Counted from the stretch's first letter, positions 19,086 through 29,238 are shown. The stretch is 64,000 nucleotides of DNA from Acidisphaera sp. L21 (GCF_009765685.1 NZ_LMUY01000043.1:1120-65119); one strand, 5' to 3'. Notes: generated by a model from the sequence alone, not told the origin. Numbers and translations: made by a program.

Positions 19086-19742
19086 ATTTTGCACCACGCT
19101 GAACGTCGACTTTCGGGCTCTCCCGCGCCGCTCGGTTAAGGCCATCGATGGTTGTGAGCGGCCTAGCCCGTGGGGGACCAGGCGTCAGGCTTATCCACTA
19201 GGCACCTCGTCCTAGTTTGCTCGTCGCGGGATACTGTGGCGAACGCCAGGAAGTGTAGGATCCAACCTGTCGACATTGAGGATCGAACTCATGGACCAAC
19301 CCGTTGCTCTGCATAACACCGCTGTCGCGATCGTGCCGGCTGCTGACGATGTGGACTTCCAGTTCAAGATGAAGCTGACGCTCACGGTCGTATTCTCCGG
19401 GGCTCTCGCCCTTCGGTTGGCAAACAAGGCGCTACCAGGCCGCAAGACCATCCTTCTGGTGAAGTGATCCTAGGCATCCAGGCAATGTGTCGGGAGAGGC
19501 CCCTAGCCCAAAGCGCCTACAGCGAGTCCCAGGGCATTATTGAGCGCCTCCCCCGGTTCCGTCCCCCCACCAGCACCAGGACTCTTCGAACCCTTCAGCG
19601 CTCCTCAAACGCTTCTTTGAAGGAACACCTTTGCCGAGGCAGTCTCCATGCAATGACGCACGCTGCAGCCAGCGCCGTCAGCCGGAACTTCACCCGACAG
19701 TTGGCACTAGCCTGACGGTCTAATCCACGTTACTGACTTGCC

Positions 19743-20081
19743 ATGCTCCGAACGCTGTGTCTCTGCCTGGCAATCCTGACCACTGGTTGTGCGACCCGAA
19801 CCTCGTCAAGTGTGGACATGGTCTCTGGGATCATCGTCACACCCAATGACATAACAGATCGTCGCTATCAGGCACTTGGAGACATTCACGTCACGGTTTC
19901 AAAAACCACTGTCTTCAATAGCGACCCGACCGAGGCAAAGGTGGAAGAAGCGCTCAGAGAAAAAGCAGCGGATTTGGGCGCCAACGCGGTGGTGTTTGCA
20001 AGGTATGGAGCGGTGACTATGACGTTGACCTCCTATGGCGCCATGGAAGGAGCCGGCAGGGCGGTTCGTTTTGTTCCGTAA
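19743..20081 (+). CDS. Lipoprotein, YbjQ/UPF0145 (DUF74)-like
   Basis: MLRTLCLCLAILTTGC lipobox. ...EAKVEEALREKAADLGANAVVFARYG resembles the UPF0145 heavy-metal-binding-like family. Confidence 0.5.
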   Translation: MLRTLCLCLAILTTGCATRTSSSVDMVSGIIVTPNDITDRRYQALGDIHVTVSKTTVFNSDPTEAKVEEALREKAADLGANAVVFARYGAVTMTLTSYGAMEGAGRAVRFVP

Positions 20082-20442
20082 TATCCCCAACTTGGCACTT
20101 TTGACGGCGCTCACGGCGTGTGCGCCTGCCGAACTTCGTCTTCCTCCTGACACCTCGTCAATCAACGCATCAGCTCGTCCCACGCTGTCGACAGCCGAGG
20201 AGCGTCTCACTTGCCCTGAGATCACGTCGGCAATCGCGGGTGATGACACCCAGCTCGCTCAAATGGCTGCTGACACCTCAAGCCATCGAGTAGGCGACCA
20301 AGTGAGTGCGGTGTTTGGAGGGGCTGTGGCGGTTGCCGCGATCCGCAAGGACACCATGACCACCGACCAGAAGCAGAGTCTTTATGACCATCGAGATCGA
20401 ATGCTTCTCACGGGCAGATTGAAGGGTTGCAAGCTCGACTGA
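20035..20442 (+). CDS. Putative lipoprotein (hypothetical)
   Basis: MAPWKEPAGRFVLFRNIPNLALLTALTAC: signal peptide with lipobox LTAC. Overlaps the preceding gene in another frame. Confidence 0.4.
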   Translation: MAPWKEPAGRFVLFRNIPNLALLTALTACAPAELRLPPDTSSINASARPTLSTAEERLTCPEITSAIAGDDTQLAQMAADTSSHRVGDQVSAVFGGAVAVAAIRKDTMTTDQKQSLYDHRDRMLLTGRLKGCKLD

Positions 20443-20476
20443 CACCTACGGCTACACCGGCATCCCTCAGAGCACG

Positions 20477-20634
20477 ATGTCCAGCTATCTCGGCAAGCTG
20501 ACACGCGCCAAGCTGCTGAGGCAGAGCGGAGCGGTGATAGCATTTTCTACCATCTTGAATGCCTGGCGATCGGCGTGGTGTTGTTTCTCGTCAACTCGGT
20601 TGAGCTCGACTGGAAGAAGCTCAAGCGCAGCTAA
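20477..20634 (+). pseudogene. 5'-truncated, frameshifted fragment of the small-gene family (ArsR-like C-terminal half: ...LGKLTRAKLLRQSGAVI / FYHLECLAIGVVLFLVNSVELDWKKLKRS*)
   Basis: Frame A gives MSSYLGKLTRAKLLRQSGAVIAF. A +1 shift at ~20540 continues IFYHLECLAIGVVLFLVNSVELDWKKLKRS*, which matches the C-terminus encoded at 22600-22713 (GKARAKRGQHH...VVRFVVDSVELDLRMLKRS*). Confidence 0.35.
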
Positions 20635-20761
20635 GCCGGCGTGCTGGGAGGTTATCGACGGGATCCCATCGCCAGTCGGCCCACGGAGCCTGGCAGAACA
20701 CTGTTCTGGATCATGCACCATTGATCCCGTAACCAAATATTTATCGGCAGAAGGTAAACAT

Positions 20762-21049
20762 GTGGCTCCCATCCTAGTTGAAGGTGCCTTCATGATATTA
20801 CAACTAGGAAACCGTCTGCTGATGTCTGAAATTGAATTTCAAGAAGGCGATCAAGCAAGATACACCTTCAAAGTTAAATCAGCGTGCTACCACGTTACAT
20901 GGGCAAGTTCGCAGAGTGAGGCTGTGAAGCTCATGACACAGCAAAGCCCGGCGGGATCCTGCGAGATGCTATATGCCCTGAAGGAAATGAATGGCATCCT
21001 TTACGCCATTACTCCAAGACACGATCCTGACCAGGAAAATCATAACTAA
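20762..21049 (+). CDS. Hypothetical small protein, markedly AT-rich coding sequence
   Basis: GTG 20762 (RBS GAAGG) or ATG 20792 (RBS GAAGGTG). Product ...MILQLGNRLLMSEIEFQEGDQARYTFKVKSACYHVTWASSQSEAVKLM... The N-terminal part of the listed ORF 20477-21049 is better explained by the pseudogene fragment above. Confidence 0.35.
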   Translation: MAPILVEGAFMILQLGNRLLMSEIEFQEGDQARYTFKVKSACYHVTWASSQSEAVKLMTQQSPAGSCEMLYALKEMNGILYAITPRHDPDQENHN

Positions 21050-21277
21050 TACTAAGGCTCTTTGATTAGAACCTATCCGAGGGTCCGCGGTCGGCCTTGG
21101 CACCTTTGATGTCGCTGGGCTGGCCTCGCAAGCTGAGCGATTGTGATCACTGAGACTTGGTATAACCCTCTGCTTATCGAGAGCACTGTGCTTAGGCTCG
21201 TCGTGAAGAAGATCAAACCCGCCTGACAGCCAGACCCTGGTCCGATTGACCGCGCCGCGCTCTTCTGGGTTGGGGCG

Positions 21278-21547
21278 TTGAGTTCATACTTCGCGCCCAG
21301 CGTCGTTAACGCTATGGCAACCCACGATAGGCATGACGCCCTCAGGCCACTAAAGGCCGCCCTCGAGAGCAAAAACATGCACCACTCAAAGACCTACAAC
21401 ACCGCCGCCCGTGTCAGCCCTCTAGTGCTGGCAGACCGCCTCATATCCATGGCTCAGGATGCTGACCGTGCCGGCTTCAGAGAGACCGCCACCCGCCTAC
21501 TGAGCTTGGTGGATGCTGTGTTCGATGAGGCACCTCGCGGTCATTGA
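21278..21547 (+). CDS. Hypothetical small protein
   Basis: 89-aa ORF, no motifs. Convergent with the 21541-21744 ORF. Confidence 0.25.
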   Translation: MSSYFAPSVVNAMATHDRHDALRPLKAALESKNMHHSKTYNTAARVSPLVLADRLISMAQDADRAGFRETATRLLSLVDAVFDEAPRGH

Positions 21548-21916
21548 CCTCTGATGTCGGTGGTAAGCATCGATAGCGTCTTCGCGGATCGCTCAACCGC
21601 AAGGTGGGAGCGCATCACCTGTGCCCTTAGTTCGGCGCACTCGTGAGTGGTTTGAGCAATGCGCGCCTTTGCCTCGGACGTCAGACTCCTCGCAAGCTCT
21701 AGGGTCCACAGCACATCGATGTTCACACTATCGCGCCGCCCCATACAGCCAAGATAGAACCACCTCCATCGTCGTCAATGACGAGGACACAGGCTCCATC
21801 AGAGGCCCTGAGCACCCCTAGGTAGCCTCCGACGGCCCATGCGCGGCATGTGAAGCGATCGACGGCCGAGTGAGCCGAACCATCCGAGGCTTAGGTGCGA
21901 ATATCAGGTCGTCTCG

Positions 21917-22102
21917 TCACTGCTTCCGATGCGGCTTACCCTCTGCGGCTCTTTCGGTGTCCTGGCGGTCGTTGTCAGGAGACCCCATCGCCTCCCCGGT
22001 CCCCGCTTTGCCACCGCCTTCGGCGTGGGTGTCCTTGACCCGCTTCTGCGCTGCGTCGTCCTGCTGGCGGTGGGTGTCGTCTGAGGATTTGGGTTCGGTC
22101 AT
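21917..22102 (-). CDS. Small highly hydrophilic protein (stress-protein-like)
   Basis: MTEPKSSDDTHRQQDDAAQKRVKDTHAEGGGKAGTGEAMGSPDNDRQDTERAAEGKPHRKQ. Start at internal Met of listed ORF (ATG 22102). Confidence 0.3.
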   Translation of the reverse strand: MTEPKSSDDTHRQQDDAAQKRVKDTHAEGGGKAGTGEAMGSPDNDRQDTERAAEGKPHRKQ

Positions 22103-22192
22103 GCGCGTTTCTCCAGTTGTTGGCGTTCTTGCGCAAGCCTGAAAGTCAGCCTGGTCCTGCACCATATACCGGCTCCACCACATGGAGCGTGT

Positions 22193-22459
22193 ATGTCCGA
22201 CAAGAAGCCCACGCCAACCCAACCTAGCGGCATCAAAGGCCGCTTTGCGCTGCACCTGGGCGCCCCTGAAAACCCCATCAGCCTATCCACTGCCCTGCGG
22301 GAGCTACGTCGACACCTGGACCGTGCCAAGATCAAAACCTGGTCCTATGCCGACCCGATGTGGAATGGCGCCGATCGCTCCAGTGTCACGTCATATTCCC
22401 CGACATACGTTCAGCCGAAATTGCCAAACGCGACTGGCGGCCGATCTGAAATAGTTTGA
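22193..22459 (+). CDS. Hypothetical small protein
   Basis: 88-aa ORF, no recognisable motifs. Confidence 0.25.
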   Translation: MSDKKPTPTQPSGIKGRFALHLGAPENPISLSTALRELRRHLDRAKIKTWSYADPMWNGADRSSVTSYSPTYVQPKLPNATGGRSEIV

Positions 22460-22467
22460 TTGAGCTC

Positions 22468-22713
22468 GAGCTGACGACGGGGAATGAGCCCTGCCGTCAA
22501 TCCAGGAGAGTGATGATGGAGAAGCGTTATTAGCTCCTACTGTGGTTAGTCGTCACTCTGATTGTCAAGGTTAGTAGGGGCATTCCCCACGGGAAGGCCA
22601 GAGCGAAACGGGGGCAACACCATCTATCATCCAGGCGTCTCTCGCTTGGCAGTGTGGTGAGGTTTGTCGTTGATTCAGTGGAACTCGATTTGAGGATGCT
22701 CAAGCGCAGCTGA
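22468..22713 (+). repeat. Dispersed repeat A+B, copy 2: internally deleted, start-less copy of the small-gene family
   Basis: 5' part matches 18211-18340. 3' part (22674-22713) matches 20596-20634 at both DNA and peptide level (both end ...LKRS*). Frame reads LLLWLVVTLIVKVSRGIPHGKARAKRGQHH...VDSVELDLRMLKRS* with no ATG/GTG/TTG start. Confidence 0.7.
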
Positions 22714-23394
22714 GTTGGTCCACTCCTTACTCACTGGCACGAACGGTGGTTGGGGAGAGCCACCCACAACGGCAGTCTTGCCGAAACAAGGCTCAAGACG
22801 CGCCTAGAAGCGTTCCAAGGGCGCCCAGCGAGTCTCTGATGCGTCGTCTCGGGACAGTCCAGTGGCGGAAGGCGTCCACCGAATACCATCTTGGTCATTC
22901 CAAGCCTTAGATCGCGGTCTCGGGCTACGTCGGCGATTGCTCGGGAAGTTGTCGAACTGCACGGCGAGAAAAGAACATCCGTGCTCATCACATGTTCCAC
23001 AGCCGCGCTGAACGGCCCTGCCGGCTTGTCAAATTGGCACCTGATGGCGACCCTTGCTCTGTAACACAATCTGCTACACGCTCAGTCCGAAGCTGGGATG
23101 CAGCAAGCGACAAACGTCTGATCGAACTTCCTAAAATCTAGGTGGTGGAGGGTCCAACCCCCTCCACCATTCCGGGATCTGGACCCTTCCGACCGTCAGC
23201 CTAGCCGAGGGATGGAGGGAAGCTGCGATAGCAGCCGCGACCAAAAAGGATTTAGGTGGCGCTTCAGCTCGGTCATTATCCGCGATGGTTCGTGGGTCCG
23301 ATGATACGAGAGCAGTCTGCAATGCCCCTCACCGTCTCGCCACTCGATCATGGCCGCTCAATTTGGTGTCGATCAAGCCATCGCTGATCGGCCA

Positions 23395-23607
23395 TTACAG
23401 CAGGACATAAATTATGCTGCCGATCAGGGCCCAGATGGGAATCGATAGCGCTACGGCTAGCGCAATCCCGCTACTTTCCGTCTTGGTGGGTGCGCGGAGC
23501 AATGCGACAAGTTCAGGCGATACGGGGCGTCGGCCGGGTCGCCGGCGATCGCTGATCTCGGTCCGCGCCTCAATCGCCGTTGCATCGTCGACGTCGACAG
23601 TCATCAT
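23395..23607 (-). CDS. Small tail-anchored membrane protein (hypothetical)
   Basis: MMTVDVDDATAIEARTEISDRRRPGRRPVSPELVALLRAPTKTESSGIALAVALSIPIWALIGSIIYVLL: single C-terminal TM helix. Confidence 0.3.
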   Translation of the reverse strand: MMTVDVDDATAIEARTEISDRRRPGRRPVSPELVALLRAPTKTESSGIALAVALSIPIWALIGSIIYVLL

Positions 23608-24010
23608 AGTGCTCCCGTGGCTTCCTCGGCGACTAAACATGCGAGATGCCGGTTATCCTCTCGGGCACCGCGCGGTGCCCGTCACGAGTGGGGCATCGGC
23701 GCGGCGGCAAGTCCACGGTATTCCGCGACAACTGACAATTCCTGACCCCATTCAGACGATGCTCGACGTGGGTTTACAGAGAGTTACGGTATTATAACGC
23801 GGAGGAGACGATCTTGATCGGGGTCAAGCAACACATGGTCACACTCCGTTAATACGCACGGCCCAGTCTGTTCGGTGGAAGACGGCCCGCGACCTCGTGG
23901 TGGGTTTCATGCCTTGGGCTGATGGGGCGTTGAACTCTGGAATCGGGTTGGCACTCGTCAGCACGAGCTGAGGTTGTTGGTGTTGGCTGCTTTCACGTGA
24001 AGGTTTTCGT

Positions 24011-25198
24011 TTGTTCGACAAGGCAATCGACTTCAACTCCGTCGGAAACGTAGCAACCCAGACGAGTTTGCGCCTTCTCGAGATGGATGCTGTTCGAGGT
24101 TGGGCCGCATTGTCTGTCATCATGTTTCACGTGTTCTGGGAAGCACTCGGGGTCGTCGAGCCAAACTTTCGGAATTCGTGGACGGCGCCATTCATCAATG
24201 GTTCGGCAGATGTTGCGATATTCTTCGTCCTCTCCGGCGACGTCATCGTTTACAAATACTTGGCTACCGGCAATTCAACGATTGTTCAAAGCATTGCGCT
24301 CAGGCGATACCTCAGGTTGAGTCTACCAATATTTGTATCGTCTATGATGATTTTCGTTTTGCTGAAGTCTGGGCTGTACTCGTGGGATAGTGCAAGCGCA
24401 TTGCTTCATCGGGAAAATTGGTTCAGGATTACCTCTGCCGACAAGGCGACGTTGGCAACGGTTTTTACGTATTCATTCGCCGATGTTTACTGGTGGACGC
24501 CAACTGAGCCGCAGTACATGCCATTTCTGTGGACTATGCAGACAGAGTTGTTTGGGTCAGCGGCAGTCATCTTGTATGCGCTCGCTCAGCGGCCGATTGC
24601 TTTCAAAAAGACATGTTGCGCTGCCATCGCGGTTTGCCTTTATGTCGTTGGTAGCTACTTAGCGGCCTTTTTCGTAGGGGTTTTGATCGCGCAGGCCCGT
24701 AGTGAGGGACGGCTGAAGCGACATTCAACTCGGCGATTTCTAGGATCTATCGGGCTGATCGTCGTGGGAATGCTTTTCAGTGAATGGGCGATGTGCGGAG
24801 ATCATCGGGGAACGCGCTGGAGCACGACCGTCGGCGTCCTCGTCGTCACCGGAATCATCAATAATCGACCGCTTTGCGCCGTTCTTGCGCGCAGTCGCGT
24901 ATCGCGGTTTCTCGGCCACATTGCCTTTCCGCTCTATCTTGTGCAGTTGCCGATGATACTTGGGCCGATGTCGTGGATGGTCATCTGGGCCGCGCAACAC
25001 GGGTTCGAGACGTCGGCCGATCACCTGGGTATCGCAGTTGCCACGATAACACTCTGCGTTTTGTGCGCCTGGGGATTTTCGCCGGTCGAGCGCGGCACTG
25101 CCGTCATCAACCGATTTATCGTGGCGGCCGTGGGAAGTGTTATCGACGCCCCGCGCTCGCGCCGGCATCGAAGCCTAAGACAAGCCGAAACAGGCTAG
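24011..25198 (+). CDS. Acyltransferase family 3 integral membrane protein (O-acyl/acetyltransferase)
   Basis: RLLEMDAVRGWAALSVIMFHVFWE (acyltransferase-3 start motif) followed by ~10 TM helices. 395 aa. Confidence 0.85.
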   Translation: MFDKAIDFNSVGNVATQTSLRLLEMDAVRGWAALSVIMFHVFWEALGVVEPNFRNSWTAPFINGSADVAIFFVLSGDVIVYKYLATGNSTIVQSIALRRYLRLSLPIFVSSMMIFVLLKSGLYSWDSASALLHRENWFRITSADKATLATVFTYSFADVYWWTPTEPQYMPFLWTMQTELFGSAAVILYALAQRPIAFKKTCCAAIAVCLYVVGSYLAAFFVGVLIAQARSEGRLKRHSTRRFLGSIGLIVVGMLFSEWAMCGDHRGTRWSTTVGVLVVTGIINNRPLCAVLARSRVSRFLGHIAFPLYLVQLPMILGPMSWMVIWAAQHGFETSADHLGIAVATITLCVLCAWGFSPVERGTAVINRFIVAAVGSVIDAPRSRRHRSLRQAETG

Positions 25199-25441
25199 GA
25201 CAGGGTCCGAACCCGCCCCCCTCACTCCCTTCGAATAGCCAACCAGGGCGATCCGTCGCCGGGGCCGGAAGCGGGCTTCGTCGGCGAGGGCGTCGATGGC
25301 GCCCCAATCGAATTCACCGCGTGCGATCGGCACCAGCGCTTCCAGCGCGTGGAACATTTGCCGCAAGGCCTGATAGCGGACAAGTGAGGCGCAAGTGGCA
25401 CAGCCTTGGCCAAAGCTGTCGAGCACATCTGCCTCGGTCAT
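25175..25441 (-). CDS. Hypothetical small protein
   Basis: 88-aa ORF (MTEADVLDSFGQGCATCASLVRYQALRQMFHALEALVP...) convergent with the acyltransferase gene. No motifs; could be a shadow ORF. Confidence 0.2.
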   Translation of the reverse strand: MTEADVLDSFGQGCATCASLVRYQALRQMFHALEALVPIARGEFDWGAIDALADEARFRPRRRIALVGYSKGVRGAGSDPVLACFGLS

Positions 25442-25594
25442 GGCAGCCTCACATATTCACTTGGGGCGCGAACGTAGCCGGCTGGGCAATCGCAGCGGCT
25501 GCTGGGTCACTTCGTAGTGAGGCAATGCCGAAGCATCAAATGTTGCAATCAGGCAGCTATTTCCCAGCAATGGTATTGCGGAAAATTTAATTGA

Positions 25595-28500
25595 TTGACT
25601 CTGTTCGACCTCGCAACGTTCGATGGCCCCGCAACCGTTTGGGTGGAGGCGATGGCAAATCGTATATGGCGGGGCGGAAATGGCGACTGGTATGACGCCA
25701 GCAACTGGCTGACCAGTTCCGGCCCGGCGAACTATCCCCTCCCCGGCGATACCGTCACGATCGCCAGCGGCGACATCGATCTGATTGGTAGCGAGGCCAA
25801 GGATAACGGGACATTCGACGCCGATGCGGTGACGCTCGGCACCTCTGGTGGTCTGGAGACGACGCTCACCGCGATCGATGCGATCCTGAACCACAATTTC
25901 ACCGTCACCGCCGCTGGGTCTGCCACCATTCTGGCGGTTGGGCAGTCCATCATCGAGGGTAGCATCACGGCTGGTGTTGCAGGCGCCACCTTCACGCTCG
26001 CGAGCGTGGCCAATGGCAGCGAGCCGGGCAATCTGGTGTTCACCCGCGGCTCCAGCCTGACCATCAGCGGCACCGAGACACTCGACCTCGAGGGCAACAT
26101 CACGGTTGAGGCCGGGTCCGGCTTCATAACCCCGTCCACAGTCAACGTGGTGAACAACGGGACCGTCAGCCAGATCGGCGCCGCCGATACGATCGATGGC
26201 AGCCTGGCGGGAACCGGCACGTGGGAGCTCACATTCTCGACCAGCCTCCTGCTGGCGGGGAGCGTCTCGGCCGGCCAGGATTTCACCTTCGGGTTGGATG
26301 GGCGGCTTCGGCTTGCCGACCCGACGGCATTCGATGGCTCCATCGGCGGCTTCACGCCGGGCAACCTGATCGACTTCACGACCATCAGTGCCAGCAACGT
26401 CAGCTACGATGCCGCGACGGGCACATTGACGCTGAACAATGGCACTGGCAGCCCAGCGCTGGCCACGATCGACCACGTGACGGCCGCCGCGGGCACGATG
26501 GTCGCGACATCCGACGGCAATGGCGGCACGTTGGTCAGCTACACCGACACGTCCACCCGGCAGCGCTACGAGAACGCCGGTGCGGACGACGCGATGCGAT
26601 CCAACGTCGTCCGGGATACGATGACGGTGCCGGGCACGACGACGCCGATCACGGGCGCCGGGGTGAAGATCGGCATCATTTCCGACAGTTTCGACGAGGC
26701 GAGCCCTGGCAGCGCCAATACCGACGCCGCCAACGGCTATTTACCCGAGTCGGGCGGCAAATCGGCGGTTACCGTCCTGACCGAAGGCGGGACTGGATCG
26801 TCGGACGAAGGCCGCGCGATGGCCGAGCTGATCTACCAGGCGGCACCCGGCGCGCAGCTGTATTTTTCCGCCGCCGGCGACAGCGAGGCGGCGATGGCGA
26901 GTTCCATCAACGGCCTCGTCGCGGCGGGCTGCAACATCATCGTCGACGACATCAGCTTTCTCGACACACCCATGTACCAGGTCGACGGGACGCTGGACAC
27001 CGCGGTCAGCAACGCCATCGGCGACGGCGTAGATTACTTCACCTCGGCCGGCAATTTTGGCGACTCGTTCCTCGACCAGAGTTTCGCCCCGGCAACGACG
27101 ACCCTGCACGATGGCACGGTGGCGAACGAGCATGTGTTCAGCAACGGCACGGCCTACGAGTCCATCACCGTGCCTGCCTCGACGTCGACCCAGATCGATC
27201 TGCAATGGACGGCCGCCTATGAAGGGCTGGGCGACACCGGCGCGCCGGATGCGCTGACGTTCAAGGTCTTCGATGCCTCGGGTACATTGGTGGCGACGTC
27301 CACGCAGGCGAGCGAAGGGGCGCTGACAACCGACATCTCCGCGTCCTTGCCAACATCCGGCGCGGCGACACCATACCAACTTGCCGTCTATCTGAATGGC
27401 GGGCAGGTCCAGCCGAGCGGCTTCAAGCTGGTGCTATCGGCCACCGGCAACGGATCCGGACCCGGCGGCGTGATCGACGACCCACAGGCCGCAAGCGGCT
27501 CGGGCGATATACGGGGGCAGGAACTCATCCCGGGCGTCAACACGGTCGGGGCCACGTATTACGGGGACAGCGCCGCCTTCGGGCAGACGCCGGACGCGAC
27601 GGAGTATTACTCCGACAGTGGCACCGGCACGTTGCTGTATGCCAGCGATGGTACACCCCTCGCCACGCCGGAGAGCGCGGGCAAGGTCGATTTCGTGGCG
27701 CCTGACGGGGTGAACACCACCGTTCCCGAACTCGCCTCGTTCTTCGGGACCTCCGCCGCAGCGCCAGATGCGGCGGCGGTGGCCGCGCTGATGCTGCAGG
27801 CCGAGCCGTCGCTGACCACCGCGCAAGTCTCGGACGATTTGGCCGGGTCGGCGATAAGCCTGGGTTTGTCCCCCGCGGCGCAGGGGGCGGGCCTGATCCA
27901 GGCGGATCGTGCCGTGGCCCTGGCGGAGGGGATTGCTTGCTACGTAGCCGGTACCCAGATCTTGACGGTTCGCGGCGAGGTTGCGGTGGAGGCATTGGCG
28001 CCGGGTGACATGGCGGTCACCGCCAACGGTGCACACCGCCCGATCATCTGGATGGGTCATCGGCGACTCGACTGCCGCAACCATCCGCGCCCGGCGACAG
28101 TCTGGCCGGTGCGGGTGGAGGCCGGCGCATTCGGCCGTGGCCTGCCGCACCATGATTTATGGCTGAGCCCCGGCCATGCCGTGTTGATCGAGGGGGCTCT
28201 GCTGCCGGTGGAGCGGTTGATCAACGGCGCCACCGTCACATCCGTGCCGGTCGATAGCGTAACGTATTGGCACGTGGAGTTGGATCGGCACGACGTGATC
28301 TTCGCCAACGGCGCCGCGGCGGAGAGCTACCTCGATACCGGCAACCGGTCCGCGTTCGGAAACGGCGGCGACGCGTTGGCACTGCATCCGGATTTTTCGT
28401 CCACGGCGGACATGGCGCTGCGCAAGACCTTCCCCGTGTCGAAGCAGGCGACGACGGCGGCGCGGGCCAAGATCCTGGGGGTTGCAGGCCTGCTCGGATA

Positions 28501-28927
28501 CGCGCTGACAGCAGATGTCGCGCTGCACATCCTAGTCGACGGCGTTGCCCTCGCGCCGAGCCGGGTCGAGGGCAATGCCTTCGTGTTCGAGCTACCGCCG
28601 GCTTATGGCGAGGCTTGGCTGGCGTCTTCGCACTTCGTTCCGGCGCAGATGCGGCCGAATATGACCGACTTGCGCCGATTGGGTGTGCGGCTGTCCGGCC
28701 TTTGGGTGGACGGAACCAGAGTGCCGCTCGCGAACTTGCCGGACGAGGGTTGGCATAAGCTGGAGGTCGCTCGCGGCAAGGTTGCGGGTGAGGCGCGCTG
28801 GACCAACGGGCGCGGCCGGCTGCCGGAAGGCGGGCGGCTGGTCCGGATCGAACTGATCCAGGAATTGCGGGCCTGGGTCCGGGCTGACAGGAGCCCGGCT
28901 CGTGCGACGAGTCAGTCAGCCGCCTAG
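25595..28927 (+). CDS. Large exported multi-domain protein: N-terminal beta-helix-like repeats, subtilisin (S8) peptidase domain, Hint (Hedgehog/intein) domain
   Basis: S8 motifs VKIGIISDSFD (Asp), HGT-region, GTSAAAPDAAAVAALM (Ser). Hint domain CYVAGTQILTVRGE...HAVLIEGALLPVERL...HDVIFANGAAAESY. TTG start at 25595. 1110 aa. No classical signal peptide. Confidence 0.85.
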   Translation: MTLFDLATFDGPATVWVEAMANRIWRGGNGDWYDASNWLTSSGPANYPLPGDTVTIASGDIDLIGSEAKDNGTFDADAVTLGTSGGLETTLTAIDAILNHNFTVTAAGSATILAVGQSIIEGSITAGVAGATFTLASVANGSEPGNLVFTRGSSLTISGTETLDLEGNITVEAGSGFITPSTVNVVNNGTVSQIGAADTIDGSLAGTGTWELTFSTSLLLAGSVSAGQDFTFGLDGRLRLADPTAFDGSIGGFTPGNLIDFTTISASNVSYDAATGTLTLNNGTGSPALATIDHVTAAAGTMVATSDGNGGTLVSYTDTSTRQRYENAGADDAMRSNVVRDTMTVPGTTTPITGAGVKIGIISDSFDEASPGSANTDAANGYLPESGGKSAVTVLTEGGTGSSDEGRAMAELIYQAAPGAQLYFSAAGDSEAAMASSINGLVAAGCNIIVDDISFLDTPMYQVDGTLDTAVSNAIGDGVDYFTSAGNFGDSFLDQSFAPATTTLHDGTVANEHVFSNGTAYESITVPASTSTQIDLQWTAAYEGLGDTGAPDALTFKVFDASGTLVATSTQASEGALTTDISASLPTSGAATPYQLAVYLNGGQVQPSGFKLVLSATGNGSGPGGVIDDPQAASGSGDIRGQELIPGVNTVGATYYGDSAAFGQTPDATEYYSDSGTGTLLYASDGTPLATPESAGKVDFVAPDGVNTTVPELASFFGTSAAAPDAAAVAALMLQAEPSLTTAQVSDDLAGSAISLGLSPAAQGAGLIQADRAVALAEGIACYVAGTQILTVRGEVAVEALAPGDMAVTANGAHRPIIWMGHRRLDCRNHPRPATVWPVRVEAGAFGRGLPHHDLWLSPGHAVLIEGALLPVERLINGATVTSVPVDSVTYWHVELDRHDVIFANGAAAESYLDTGNRSAFGNGGDALALHPDFSSTADMALRKTFPVSKQATTAARAKILGVAGLLGYALTADVALHILVDGVALAPSRVEGNAFVFELPPAYGEAWLASSHFVPAQMRPNMTDLRRLGVRLSGLWVDGTRVPLANLPDEGWHKLEVARGKVAGEARWTNGRGRLPEGGRLVRIELIQELRAWVRADRSPARATSQSAA

Positions 28928-29238
28928 GCGTGGCTCCGCGGCTTAGGGTGTGCCTGACCCATGGTCCAGCCAGGTGTCTATCGCGCTACAGGCTGCTGCA
29001 TGGGCGCGCGCGAAAGCCCGGGGGCCGTCGACCGCACCGGTGATGGGCTGCGGGGCCGAGTCGTCGCCCGGATGAACCATCCAGCGGAACACTGGGGGCT
29101 CGTCGGGCAGGCTCTCCCGGGTGATGGAGAAATGCACGGCACGGTGGTTCAGGCTCTGGTTGATGTCGGGCATCACCAGCAAACGCCTAAGGTGACACCG
29201 GGTTTAGTGCCGGGCACGAACGGACGGGATGGGCAAGG

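Noticed and set aside
23144-23168. 9-bp stem / 7-nt loop hairpin ggtggagggtccaaccccctccacc.
   Set aside because: Short, no U-tract and no flanking gene end close enough to call a terminator. Noted only as a possible REP-like element.
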